NCBI GenBank assembly: GCA_965197475.1
Contig: CBDANF010000003.1
Span: 1-64,000 of the forward strand
DNA length: 64,000 bases
From: Candidatus Poribacteria bacterium
GTDB lineage: Bacteria; Poribacteria; WGA-4E; WGA-3G
Direction of reading: 5' to 3'
The notes under the pieces were generated by a model. That model had not been told where the DNA came from and did no database searches. It saw nothing but the letters and a program-made list of their open reading frames with translations. Positions within the stretch are counted from its first letter, which is position 1, and the number at the start of each line of letters is the position of its first letter. Both the position numbers and the translations under genes were made by a program. Below, one piece after another: positions 1-9,997 of the stretch.

Positions 1-221
1 TTCGGTTGCTGTTTCCATGTCTTACCGCCATCTATTGTATTTAATATCGTTGAATTGCTACCGACAATCCATCCGTGTTGAGCGTCTACGAAAAAAACAT
101 CAGAAAAAGAACCTTGCCACTGAGATTCGCTTACCTTCACCCACGATTTTTGGGCAAGCACGAAGGGTGTTGTGCAAAGCAACAAAGTCAAGACTATTGA
201 AAATAAGATTCCCCGCTTCAT
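1..221 (-). CDS. YCF48/BNR-repeat secreted beta-propeller protein, N-terminal part (runs off window)
   Basis: Not in the ORF track. ATG at 221 with GGAGG RBS. Translates MKRGILFSIVLTLLLC...FSDVFFVDAQHGWIVGSNSTILNTIDGGKTW: signal peptide plus TxDGGxTW BNR motif. Confidence 0.8.
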   Translation of the reverse strand, partial: MKRGILFSIVLTLLLCTTPFVLAQKSWVKVSESQWQGSFSDVFFVDAQHGWIVGSNSTILNTIDGGKTWKQQP

Positions 222-649
222 AAAAATTCCTCCTACATTTATTCTAATCAATTTTTACACTAATTCGGTGGTGCGTGCTTCGGAAACACGCCCTTTATAT
301 TATGAGATAATATCTGTAAATCCGTTAAAGTATACCACGTTATAAATTATACGTCAACGTGAATTTGAGTTGTAGCAGAGGCATTCAGTTTTCGGTTTTT
401 TGTGTGTTTTAATCGTAAAGTCGCGACCGAGAGGTCGCTCCTACAGAGGAGGAACCTTGAGCAGAAGGTAGCAACTACTGGAGAATTGAATGGCTCTGGA
501 GTTGTAGCGAGGGCATTTGGACCTGGCAAAATATACTTGTCAAAACGATGTATATTTGCTATTATTGAAGGCAAAATAGCACTTGGTTGTTGAACTTATA
601 AAAAACATTCTTTTGGTTAAGACAGAAGTGTTGCCTTTAGGGAGAAATT

Positions 650-1777
650 ATGGCAAAATTCGCAAAAGGTTCCGTTCATCCATCAGAACTACAGGAATTT
701 GAGGATCAAAATACGAGAGCGCATATTTATCAACTTACAAACGATACGACCATTAACCATAACCTCTATTTTCTAACCCCATCCTTTACGCCAGACCAAA
801 ACCATCTGATTTTCACCTCCTATCGTTCAGGGAAAGCGAATTTCTTCAAACTCGAATTTCCTAATGGAGATATTGTGCAGTTGACGAATGGTGACGAAGT
901 GCATGGGTATTCTGGTGTAATCACAAAAGACGGAACAGAACTCTTTTACACAGAAGGAGATTCTATTAAAGCGATTCATCTTGACACTTTTGAGGAACGT
1001 GTACTTGCAGAATTTCCGGATGGTAGCCTTGGGGAATGCAGTGTGAGTGCAGATGAAAAGTTTATCGTAACAGCGATGAAACGTGATGGGAAATCACACA
1101 TTACTGTCACTGCGACCGATGGCAGCGGCGGTGAGATTGTCTATACCTCACCGGAACAGACGATTATCCATCCTCAGTTCCATCCGAAACATGCGGATAT
1201 GATTGCCTATTCCGGTGACCCCGCGCCACGTATGTGGACTATTAACCGTGATGGCACCGAAAATCGAATGCTGTATCAGCATGGTAACAACGAGTTTCTT
1301 GTCCACGAGGCCTTTCTTGGATCGCAGGACGAATTGATTGTAACACATTGGCCTTATGCCTTGCGGCGCATATCGTTAGATACGCTTGAGATGCAGACAA
1401 TCTCAGACTTTAATGCGTGGCATATTGCGAGTAATCGGACTGGGACAAAGGTGTTGTGTGATACTGTCCATCCAGATATCGGGTTGCGGTTGGTTGATGT
1501 GAAAACGGGGGAACATGTGCCTATCTGTTATCCGCAGAGTTCGTCAAGTGGAAGTCAATGGAAAAAGGATCGGTATGCACTCGCTGCGGATTGGGCAGCA
1601 GCACAACAGGCAGGGGATCGTGAGAAATCGTTGAGTTGGATGGAGATGAAAGTGGATACGGTGTATGGTCCGCAGTGGACACATCCGCATCCATCTTTTA
1701 GTCCTGATGAAACGGCGGTGGTGTATACCTCGGATGTATCGGGGCATTCGCAAGTTTACGTTGCTGTGATTCCTTGA
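650..1777 (+). CDS. Oligogalacturonate lyase-family / TolB-like beta-propeller protein
   Basis: HNLYFLTPSFTPD, HPQFHP, VHE and HPHPSFSPD motifs typical of Ogl family. Confidence 0.75.
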   Translation: MAKFAKGSVHPSELQEFEDQNTRAHIYQLTNDTTINHNLYFLTPSFTPDQNHLIFTSYRSGKANFFKLEFPNGDIVQLTNGDEVHGYSGVITKDGTELFYTEGDSIKAIHLDTFEERVLAEFPDGSLGECSVSADEKFIVTAMKRDGKSHITVTATDGSGGEIVYTSPEQTIIHPQFHPKHADMIAYSGDPAPRMWTINRDGTENRMLYQHGNNEFLVHEAFLGSQDELIVTHWPYALRRISLDTLEMQTISDFNAWHIASNRTGTKVLCDTVHPDIGLRLVDVKTGEHVPICYPQSSSSGSQWKKDRYALAADWAAAQQAGDREKSLSWMEMKVDTVYGPQWTHPHPSFSPDETAVVYTSDVSGHSQVYVAVIP

Positions 1778-1822
1778 AGTTGCAAAGGAAATGCAATCAT
1801 ACAATCATTTAGATGATTGCAA

Positions 1823-2509
1823 TTAGGGGAGTACAGGCACAATGTGCTTTAGCGCGCCTTCTTTCTGAGCAAAATCTTTGAGCTCCGGATCAAGGTTTAC
1901 CGCTTGCTTAAGGGATTCTAAAGATTTTTGCGGTTCATCCGAAAGGGCATAAGCACACGCAAGGTTATAGTGCAATAGTGGAGCTTCGGGAAAAGTTTGT
2001 AGCGCATGTAGGCATATCTTACGGGCATTGGTAGGTTCGTTTTTCTGGAGATAGACGGTTGCCAAATTGACATAAACTTCTGCCATATACGGTGCCATCC
2101 GTATCGCTTTCTTGAAGGTTTCAATGGCTTGTGAATATTGATTCGCCTGTAAGTAAGCTTGTCCAAGGTTATTGTACGCAGAAGGAGCATTTTTGAAAAA
2201 AATGGTACGACTTTTGTTTTTGATCGCTTTTTGATATGCTTCAATAGCTTGTTCGGGTTCGCCGTTACGCATGTGGAAGGATGCTTTTCGATAGTTGTCA
2301 TTGAACTGTGTTTGATGGTGCCAGACCCACAAAAACAGTAATGTCACCGCAAGGCAAAACGTCATACAACCGATTCTGAAAACTTTATTTGTTGGTGCTT
2401 GTTCAGCATCGGAATCTTCAATAGATTCATGTTCTTGAGTTTCGTTCGGATCCGTGTCAAGTTCGTCTATAGGTTCATGTTCTTGAGTTTGATTTTCGTT
2501 TGAAGCCAT
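1823..2509 (-). CDS. Membrane-anchored TPR protein
   Basis: Single TM helix then AYNNLG, YVNLA, HYNLACAYA TPR motifs. Confidence 0.8.
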   Translation of the reverse strand: MASNENQTQEHEPIDELDTDPNETQEHESIEDSDAEQAPTNKVFRIGCMTFCLAVTLLFLWVWHHQTQFNDNYRKASFHMRNGEPEQAIEAYQKAIKNKSRTIFFKNAPSAYNNLGQAYLQANQYSQAIETFKKAIRMAPYMAEVYVNLATVYLQKNEPTNARKICLHALQTFPEAPLLHYNLACAYALSDEPQKSLESLKQAVNLDPELKDFAQKEGALKHIVPVLP

Positions 2510-2583
2510 AATTAAAATTTATTATAAAGTCGCAGTTCAAAATTTCAATTGGGGTTTCTTAGCTCACAGAAGGAATACAAAAA

Positions 2584-3639
2584 ATGAAAACTTACGGTTT
2601 TGGTATCATAGGGTGTGGAATGATTTCTGATTTTCATTCTGCCGCAATTTCCGATTTAGAACACGGTCAATTAGTTGCTGTGAGTTCTCGAAATGCGGAC
2701 AACGCAAAACGACTCACAGATAAATACAACGTTGAAGGTTATGCCGATTACACCGAGATGCTCAAACGGGACGATCTTGATATCGTTTGTGTTTGTACGC
2801 CGAGTGGTGCACATCTTGAACCGGCTGTTGCCGCCGCAGAAGCAGGTAAACATGTTATTGTTGAAAAACCGCTGGAAATCACTTTACAACGGTGCGATGA
2901 AATTATCCAAGCCTGCGATGAAGCAGGTGTTCGACTATGCGCCATTTTCAATTCACGATTTACTGAGGGGGCACAACTCATAAAATCTACAATTGACAGT
3001 GGACGGTTCGGTAAGTTAACCTTGGGTGATGCCTATATCAAATGGTATCGTTCCCAAGAGTATTACGATAGCGGCGGTTGGCGCGGCACGCGGAACCTTG
3101 ACGGTGGCGGTGTCCTGATGAATCAATCTATACACGCTATTGACCTACTACAGTATTATATGGGTCCCGTCCAGTCTGTGCAAGCATTTACTGATACGTT
3201 GGCACACGAACGCATTGAAGTAGAAGATGTCGCTGTTGCTGCGCTTCGGTTTGAAAATGGCGCGTTAGGTGTCATTGAAGGCACAACCGCTGCTTACCCC
3301 GGTATGTTTAAGAAGACTGAAATCTGTGGCACAAAAGGCACCGCGATTTTAGAGGAAGAGGACATCGTGAAATGGGAATTTGACCCTGAACTTCCTGAAG
3401 ATGCAGAGATTCGAGAAAAATTCGCTCAACAGACAGATACTGGCGGTGGTGCCTCTGACCCCCGTGCCATCAATAACGCGAATCACCGTCGGCAGATGGA
3501 GAACCTTATCAATGGTCTTGAAACCGATGCATCCCATTTGGTTGACGGTCGTGAGGGACGCAAATCGGTTGAAATTATCCTCGCTATTTATCAATCAAGC
3601 CGTGAGGGGCGTATCGTTGAATTACCTCTTTCTGTTTAA
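2584..3639 (+). CDS. Gfo/Idh/MocA family oxidoreductase
   Basis: GIIGCG Rossmann, VEKPL, GGGVLMNQSIHAID. Confidence 0.9.
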   Translation: MKTYGFGIIGCGMISDFHSAAISDLEHGQLVAVSSRNADNAKRLTDKYNVEGYADYTEMLKRDDLDIVCVCTPSGAHLEPAVAAAEAGKHVIVEKPLEITLQRCDEIIQACDEAGVRLCAIFNSRFTEGAQLIKSTIDSGRFGKLTLGDAYIKWYRSQEYYDSGGWRGTRNLDGGGVLMNQSIHAIDLLQYYMGPVQSVQAFTDTLAHERIEVEDVAVAALRFENGALGVIEGTTAAYPGMFKKTEICGTKGTAILEEEDIVKWEFDPELPEDAEIREKFAQQTDTGGGASDPRAINNANHRRQMENLINGLETDASHLVDGREGRKSVEIILAIYQSSREGRIVELPLSV

Positions 3640-3724
3640 TGGTAGTACGCATTAGGCGGGCTTACAAAGCCCTCCTACAAGAGTTTCGTCAATTGAATGG
3701 TTCAGTACTTTGTAGAGAAACACC

Positions 3725-4690
3725 TTACGGATAATCAAATACTATCTTGACTGCTTCATCCTTCTTATGCAGTGCCATCTCAAAGCCTTTTTGTGCTTCG
3801 GTGAACGGCAGATGGTGTGTGATAATCGGTGACACGTCAATACGACCTTGGGCAATCATATCCATTGCTAACGGGAAGTCGTTCGGCACATCGGGACCAA
3901 CCGAACCGAGGAATCGGATATTTTTCCTGAAGAATTCAGCGAACTGAAAATTGTATACCTCATCGTCTGGCACTCCGAAAGCGAGGAGTGTTGCGCCCCG
4001 TTTCAGCAGTTGCAGGCACGTGTTGATTGTTTCTGTTTGATGCCCCACGACTTCAATCACAAGGTCAGCCATTCTGCCATCAGTTATCTCTTTAACAGCG
4101 GTAACAATATCTTCATTGGCGGAATTTATCGTATGTGTGGCGCGCATCTGCTTGGATACTTCAAGTCGAAAGTCCACCAAATCAGTTGCTATTACTGTTT
4201 TCGCACCGAGGTTGCTCAACATGTGCGTAAAAAGCTGTCCCATCGGTCCCTGCCCTATAATGACTGTATCCAAATTGAGCAGATTTCCTAACTTTCGACA
4301 TGCCCAAACAACGGTTCCGAGAGGCTGAGACATCAGGATACAATCTTTCCGATGATATTCTACTAACGGCACAGTAACACTCTCATCGGATAGAAAGTAT
4401 TCTGAACATCCACCGATATGACGCGGGAGCGCGAGTACTTCGTCCCCAACTTTGAATTTCTCCGACTTACTATCGGTAACAACGCCAATTGCCTCGTGAA
4501 TGGAAAGCCCCTTCCCAAGCGGATAACGATCAGCAGGATGTTCAAGTACAAAAGATGGCATATCACTACCACAGACAGCACTGTGGAGGGTCTTAATCAT
4601 CACTGTGCCATCTGGATAGTCTGCCAGATTTGGTTTATCTATATCAATAATTTCAATATGATGTGGTGCAACAATTTGCCCTGCTTTCAT
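3725..4690 (-). CDS. Zinc-binding (MDR) alcohol/sugar dehydrogenase
   Basis: CGSD, HE, GQGPMG motifs; ATG at 4690 preceded by AGGAG. Confidence 0.85.
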   Translation of the reverse strand: MKAGQIVAPHHIEIIDIDKPNLADYPDGTVMIKTLHSAVCGSDMPSFVLEHPADRYPLGKGLSIHEAIGVVTDSKSEKFKVGDEVLALPRHIGGCSEYFLSDESVTVPLVEYHRKDCILMSQPLGTVVWACRKLGNLLNLDTVIIGQGPMGQLFTHMLSNLGAKTVIATDLVDFRLEVSKQMRATHTINSANEDIVTAVKEITDGRMADLVIEVVGHQTETINTCLQLLKRGATLLAFGVPDDEVYNFQFAEFFRKNIRFLGSVGPDVPNDFPLAMDMIAQGRIDVSPIITHHLPFTEAQKGFEMALHKKDEAVKIVFDYP

Positions 4691-4832
4691 AAAATCTCCT
4701 TTTATAGTAGATTTTACAATATAACAATACACCGTCCATCGGCGCGCTTACAAAGCGCGCCTACCAGTAGGTGTTTACTTATTTTCATATTTCACCATAG
4801 TTTTGCCCAATAGTCATTAGTAAAAATTCGTC

Positions 4833-5810
4833 TTATAAAGAAGATATGATTGACAAAACCTGCTTATGTAACGTTCTATTGGTCGCCACGACACCGCGAT
4901 TGTCGGTCATGCGTCTGCCGCTAAGGAAACTCAACGATTTTCCGTTCGCATCAGTTACTTTTCCGCCAGCCTCTTCAACCACAATAAGCCCTGCAGCATG
5001 GTCCCAAATACATTCGCGATAGTCAGGATACTCCGGATTCGGAAGACGAATATAGAGAGACGCTTCGCCGCGTGCGACTATACCGTATTTTGCTTGACTG
5101 TCAATTTGAAGTGGCGGTTTATTAAGTCCGAGTTTGTTCGCAATTTGGGTATGCGTATTGCTGTCGCCATGTGTGAATTCAAAACTTTCTGCTAACCGAG
5201 ATGCGTTTTCCGAAACGCGTATTTTTCCTAATAGTTCACCTTTTGTTGTATAGATAGTTGTGCCTTCACCACGAACAGCAACAAAGAGACAGCCGCGTTC
5301 AGAATCGGTAACATCCAATTGATGCGGTAGATTCGGACATCCTAAAACTCCAAGTTGAACTTCGTTATTAACTATCCACGCCAAAGCAATTGCGTACTGA
5401 TCTTGGCGAAGAAAGCCTTTGGTGCCATCAATCGGATCAAGCGTCCAAAAACTTTCCTCTATTTCACCGCTTCCTCTGTCAATCCATTCGCAAACGTTTT
5501 GAGTGGAAATATTTTCTTGCTGCTGTGCGTCTTCCGTTACAAACTGATTGACATATTCTGTAACACGTCCCAGAAGTGTGGGATTTTCTTTAAGGGATTG
5601 AGCGTCCTCTTCAGCAACAATAATGTCTTCAGGAAAAGCATCCCCAATCGCTTTGCATATCAGTGCTTGCGATCCAAAATCTGCTACGGTTACAGGACTA
5701 CGGTCACTTTTTTGAATAGCATCCGTTGATACCATCTCATCCTGTACCTGTTGGCAAAGTTCTCCCGCTTTAAGGACAGCCTCTATTGCAATCTGTTTTT
5801 TAGAATTCAT
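4833..5810 (-). CDS. 3'(2'),5'-bisphosphate nucleotidase, HAL2-type
   Basis: SPVTVADFGSQA, DPIDGTKGFLR, DSQAKY, IWDHAAG. Confidence 0.9.
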   Translation of the reverse strand: MNSKKQIAIEAVLKAGELCQQVQDEMVSTDAIQKSDRSPVTVADFGSQALICKAIGDAFPEDIIVAEEDAQSLKENPTLLGRVTEYVNQFVTEDAQQQENISTQNVCEWIDRGSGEIEESFWTLDPIDGTKGFLRQDQYAIALAWIVNNEVQLGVLGCPNLPHQLDVTDSERGCLFVAVRGEGTTIYTTKGELLGKIRVSENASRLAESFEFTHGDSNTHTQIANKLGLNKPPLQIDSQAKYGIVARGEASLYIRLPNPEYPDYRECIWDHAAGLIVVEEAGGKVTDANGKSLSFLSGRRMTDNRGVVATNRTLHKQVLSIISSL

Positions 5811-5849
5811 TCTTTGTGGAGGCGCGCGGTGCGTTCCTAATAATATCCT

Positions 5850-6482
5850 TTAAAAAAGTGTTGATTTCGGAATGTCTTTAGCCTGATCCAGTTTCCGTTT
5901 CGCTTCCACAATATCGTCTATGATGGTTCGACGCGTTGTAGTAAAATTATCCCCTTCTTGTCGTAAAACGTAGGCTGGATTATAAGTTGCCATAGCAAAA
6001 GGTGCATAACGAGTATCCGTAAACCACTTGCCGCGTTCTTCTGTAATACGGAATCGGGGATGAATAAGTGTTTTTGCAGCGGGAGCACCTAAACATAAAA
6101 TTACCGAGGGTTGAATCAAAGTTAATTCACTATCAAGCCATTTTGAACATGCCTTAATTTCTGCTGCCTTCGGTAAACGGTTTTTCAATTCACCGTCTTT
6201 CAATCCTACTGCACGGCATTTTATAATATTCGTTAGCCAGATGTCACTCCGTGTGAGTCCATTTGCAGTCAGCACTTCATCTAACATGTTGCCTGCGGGA
6301 CCTGAGAATGGAAATCCTGTGTGATTATCTGCGGCAGATGGACCTTCACCAACAATAACTAATTTTGCGTTGACATCGCCACTGCCACAGACAACATTAA
6401 CTCGGGTTTTCGCCAAATCGCAATCTGTACAAACGCTTGCACGTGTTTTGATGTTTTGGATCTGTGTTTGGCGATTTGTCAT
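5850..6482 (-). CDS. Uracil-DNA glycosylase family 4
   Basis: CxxC Fe-S cysteines, VGEGP, PFSGPAG, TNIIKCR, YNPAY. Confidence 0.85.
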   Translation of the reverse strand: MTNRQTQIQNIKTRASVCTDCDLAKTRVNVVCGSGDVNAKLVIVGEGPSAADNHTGFPFSGPAGNMLDEVLTANGLTRSDIWLTNIIKCRAVGLKDGELKNRLPKAAEIKACSKWLDSELTLIQPSVILCLGAPAAKTLIHPRFRITEERGKWFTDTRYAPFAMATYNPAYVLRQEGDNFTTTRRTIIDDIVEAKRKLDQAKDIPKSTLF

Positions 6483-9073
6483 GATTTCGGGGTGCCACCT
6501 ATTGTCTTCGTAAATTGAATGCTCGCGTGGATCAACGACTCAGTTGCACCAAAAGTCAACTGATAAATAGGTCTGTCCCAACTGTATTGATAATCGCTGC
6601 CGTAACCAGATACACCGATCGGGATATAATCCTCTGGCACATGAATAAAAAATGTTCCCGCTGACTGCCTCGTTGGTTGACAGATGATGAGATAACTTTG
6701 GCTGTGGCTATCCCAACCTGCTGACAAAATCTCAACGCTTCCTTGTGTATAATGGATGTCCGTGGAGAGCAGTTGTGGTACCTCTTGTTCTTCACGGAGA
6801 CACAAAAGTTTTGTGGTCCGAGGTGCCATATTCAACAACGTTACATTTTTAGAAACAACACCTAAGTATTGGCGCATCCAAAAATCGTGAACGAGATAGT
6901 CTTTATCTGGATTAAGTCCAAATAAATCTAAATTCAGATGGATATCGTCTTGTTGGTCTTTCCAATTAAAGACACCAACAAGATTCCAATCTTCACGCGG
7001 TGTTTTAACAGGCAAGTGCCAAATTTGTGGAAACGGTTCGTCGTACCGGTCAATCGGGGTCGCTGCATTACCGGAAAGTGGTAATAATTTTGCCACTAAT
7101 CCAGCCCTTAGTGGTGAAATGGTCGTAGGCGTATTCACACATAAAACTGTAGCACCACTCAAAGCAGCGGTAGTCATTTCAACAATCGCCTCATTTATAG
7201 GACGCGGTTCATCAACAAATAAGTCACCGTAAACATGATTCCAGAGGGTGTCATGTGCGTTTAGATACCCAGCATAGCGACTCAGTCTGTGCTTTGTTCC
7301 ATTTTGTTGATGCCAAGAGTCACTGCTATCTACTTGCTTCTGACGCAAAAGCGGGTAATTAAGATCAAAACTTCCAATACAGACACTCTCAATTATGTTA
7401 TAACCAGCGAGAATAACCTTATTTTCAGTAGACTCTACCACTTCTTTGAGCAAACGGACAGCCAACCGGTACAATTCTGCTGAGGTAAGAGAACTGTCAT
7501 GCCACGTCACATTTGGTGCGACCGTCATCATACCACTTGTATAACTCGACAAATCTATCTTAATTAAGTCGTATCCCCATTCATCTACTAACTTTTTAAT
7601 TACTTTCCGGACGTGTGTCTGTGTTTCTGGATGAGAAGCATCTAATATGGCAAGTGCTGCTTTACTCCCGGGTAAATGGACTTCAACAGGTGCATCAACA
7701 TCTGCGGGTTTTGCCTTACCTTTTCCTGATGGCGTTTTTTCTCTGTTTTTAGATCGTAGGCATACTTCAGGATACTTTTGGATTAATTCTGAATTACGTT
7801 CAATCCCAAACGGATCAATACAGATGCCCGCTTTGAACCCATTATCGTGAATTTGCTCAACCACCGATGCCATGCCTTCAGGAAAATGATCCGCGTTCAA
7901 TGACAAATAACCGCGACTTACCTGCCATCCCGATTCCAGATGAATGTAGTCTATTCCGCCCGTAAGTTCAGGTTTAAACAGGGGATTTTGAGCAATTGAT
8001 CGGGTTTGTTCACCAATTGAATTCGCTGACAGCTCTCCCTGCATATTTCCCGATGACAAGCTCCAACCAGTGAAAATATTCCGGTGAATACGGTTTTCGG
8101 ATGGGACGTTGTCAGAACTGTTTTCTGCGGCGAGGCGTTCGGTATAACGCGTATACGATGATGCGGCATCCTCTGAAAAATCGAGATATCCAATTTCCGA
8201 TGTAACCTCTTCGCCTATTTGACACGTTTTGTGTTCACAATCATGGTAAAGTGCCCAAGTTGTTAACCCTTGTTGAGATTTGCGTTTTGAGCCTTGATAA
8301 CCTATCTCCATGCGAGGCCACCACTTGTTGGCTGTGATAAACCCGAACAAGAACGACTTCTGGCTATCGGTGTCGTATAGAATGCCATCCTGACACGGTT
8401 GTAAGGTATTATCCTGGTTTAAACGGAATCCATCATAGATTTTACGATGGGTGTCAGCACTGGGAGATATCGGCGGCATTTTGAGGAAAAGATGGTATTG
8501 AGACGGGTGACCACCCAATTGCACTGCGCCATGCTGTGCTGAAATATCAATAAGCGTGATATTTGATAGGCAAATCGGTGTTGAGTTTAAGTTTTCAACG
8601 CCAACTTTCAGTAAAATATAGGGGTGGTCCGCGTAGCAGGTGAGGTAGGTATGTATACGGACACCGGTGCCATCAGATACATCATTCGCATCCACATCAA
8701 CATCTTGCGGTGAACCCGAATTGGGTGCTTGTTCCAAGTTGTCAGGCTTTTCACCCAAACTGTGAGCATCGCCGTTCTGATGCTGCTTCTTGGTTGCTTC
8801 GGTTTCATAAGAAAACCGTAAGGTTTGATGGATCCCAAAATCGTCTGTTTTCACTGGTCCCGTGTAGAATTCCCGAAACCCAGCATTAGACGTTTTCAAG
8901 ATGATTTCATCTTTCAGGCTAATTTGTGTGAACGCGTTTTTGATAATTGTTTTGTCGTTTTTATTGCTATAGTTCCATGTTCCTTTTGATAAATTAAATT
9001 CGATTTGGTATTTTGGATGGTTTATTACGACGAGTTTTCCCTGCCGTGATATGGCTATATCCTCAAGTTTCAT
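6479..9073 (-). CDS. Alpha-galactosidase-like glycoside hydrolase (GH36/GH27 clan, divergent)
   Basis: IHLESGW, FPEGM, LDASHPE, WGYDLIKID, VGVFNW...YLVHDFW; probable start MKLED at 9073. Confidence 0.65.
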   Translation of the reverse strand: MKLEDIAISRQGKLVVINHPKYQIEFNLSKGTWNYSNKNDKTIIKNAFTQISLKDEIILKTSNAGFREFYTGPVKTDDFGIHQTLRFSYETEATKKQHQNGDAHSLGEKPDNLEQAPNSGSPQDVDVDANDVSDGTGVRIHTYLTCYADHPYILLKVGVENLNSTPICLSNITLIDISAQHGAVQLGGHPSQYHLFLKMPPISPSADTHRKIYDGFRLNQDNTLQPCQDGILYDTDSQKSFLFGFITANKWWPRMEIGYQGSKRKSQQGLTTWALYHDCEHKTCQIGEEVTSEIGYLDFSEDAASSYTRYTERLAAENSSDNVPSENRIHRNIFTGWSLSSGNMQGELSANSIGEQTRSIAQNPLFKPELTGGIDYIHLESGWQVSRGYLSLNADHFPEGMASVVEQIHDNGFKAGICIDPFGIERNSELIQKYPEVCLRSKNREKTPSGKGKAKPADVDAPVEVHLPGSKAALAILDASHPETQTHVRKVIKKLVDEWGYDLIKIDLSSYTSGMMTVAPNVTWHDSSLTSAELYRLAVRLLKEVVESTENKVILAGYNIIESVCIGSFDLNYPLLRQKQVDSSDSWHQQNGTKHRLSRYAGYLNAHDTLWNHVYGDLFVDEPRPINEAIVEMTTAALSGATVLCVNTPTTISPLRAGLVAKLLPLSGNAATPIDRYDEPFPQIWHLPVKTPREDWNLVGVFNWKDQQDDIHLNLDLFGLNPDKDYLVHDFWMRQYLGVVSKNVTLLNMAPRTTKLLCLREEQEVPQLLSTDIHYTQGSVEILSAGWDSHSQSYLIICQPTRQSAGTFFIHVPEDYIPIGVSGYGSDYQYSWDRPIYQLTFGATESLIHASIQFTKTIGGTPKS

Positions 9074-9644
9074 GCACGTTTTCCTTAGTGTAACGGTAGA
9101 AACTAACACATGTGTCCCCATACTGCTTTTGTCTATTACATCTTAGTGATCCGATATCTAAAGGCAATTCAGTATGTTTGTGGTGTTCTACCAATAGCAT
9201 TCCCGTAGATTGAAGTATGCAAGCATCTGAAATTTGCATGAGGCATCTGATGTAAATCTCCGCACTGTAAGGCGGATCAAAATAGATCAACTCAAATGCC
9301 TCATCCTGCATGCGTAACGTAACAATACCTTTCGTAACATCTCTCCGTATCAACTGAACTTTCGGATCACTCGTCTCTAAACCGCATGCTTGGAGATTCC
9401 GTTCAATCAAACGAAGGCACTTCAGGTTTTGTTCCAAGAAGGTTACTTGCTTAGCACCACGACTCAGAGCTTCAATCCCAATGTTGCCAGTGCCAGCGCA
9501 TAAGTCAAGAAACCTGGTATTAATCACGTGTTCCCGTAAAATACTAAAAACAGACTCTTTAACTCTATCGGTCGTAGGGCGGACGGTCATGTTTTTAGGT
9601 GTAGCCAAACGTCTACCCTTAAATTTGCCAGCGATAACTCGCAT
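9063..9644 (-). CDS. rsmD: 16S rRNA m2G966 methyltransferase
   Basis: MRVIAGKFKGRRL, RPTTDRVKES, LDLCAGTG, EALSRGA, DPPY. Confidence 0.95.
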   Translation of the reverse strand: MRVIAGKFKGRRLATPKNMTVRPTTDRVKESVFSILREHVINTRFLDLCAGTGNIGIEALSRGAKQVTFLEQNLKCLRLIERNLQACGLETSDPKVQLIRRDVTKGIVTLRMQDEAFELIYFDPPYSAEIYIRCLMQISDACILQSTGMLLVEHHKHTELPLDIGSLRCNRQKQYGDTCVSFYRYTKENVHET

Positions 9645-9758
9645 TTCGCACCTTGTGCAAGGTCCCTACCATCTGAATTGTAAAACTACGTTTGAGTTTG
9701 ACAGGTTATCACATCCAGTGGTTGAGGTATTGGATTTCGCTGCGCTCTACCCTTATGT

Positions 9759-9990
9759 GTCAACTTAGCGTCTAATCTTTCTTATGGGAGGGTGATCCAC
9801 TCTTGTGGGAGGGTTTTTCAAACCCGATTTTCGATGCTACAAGACATAATATGGGGGCTTACAAGGTTTCCCTCCCACAAGATAAACGCTTGATTAGCAA
9901 CGGGCGCGCTTAAAAAGCGCGCCTACCTTGAGTTAGGAAATCGGGCGGACAAGGTTTCCCTCTCACAAGAAAATCAATTCTTAAATTGAC
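9759..9990. repeat. REP cluster bounded by GTCAA(C/T)TTA(G/A)-type inverted ends
   Basis: Several GTGGGAGGG/CCTCCCAC and GGCGCGCTT..AAGCGCGCCTAC palindromes between gtcaacttag and ttaaattgac. Confidence 0.65.
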
Positions 9991-9997
9991 TCATCTT

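Noticed and set aside
2424-2492. 48-bp-period duplication in the TPR protein N-terminus (TQEHE)
   Set aside because: Ordinary low-complexity duplication in an acidic tail
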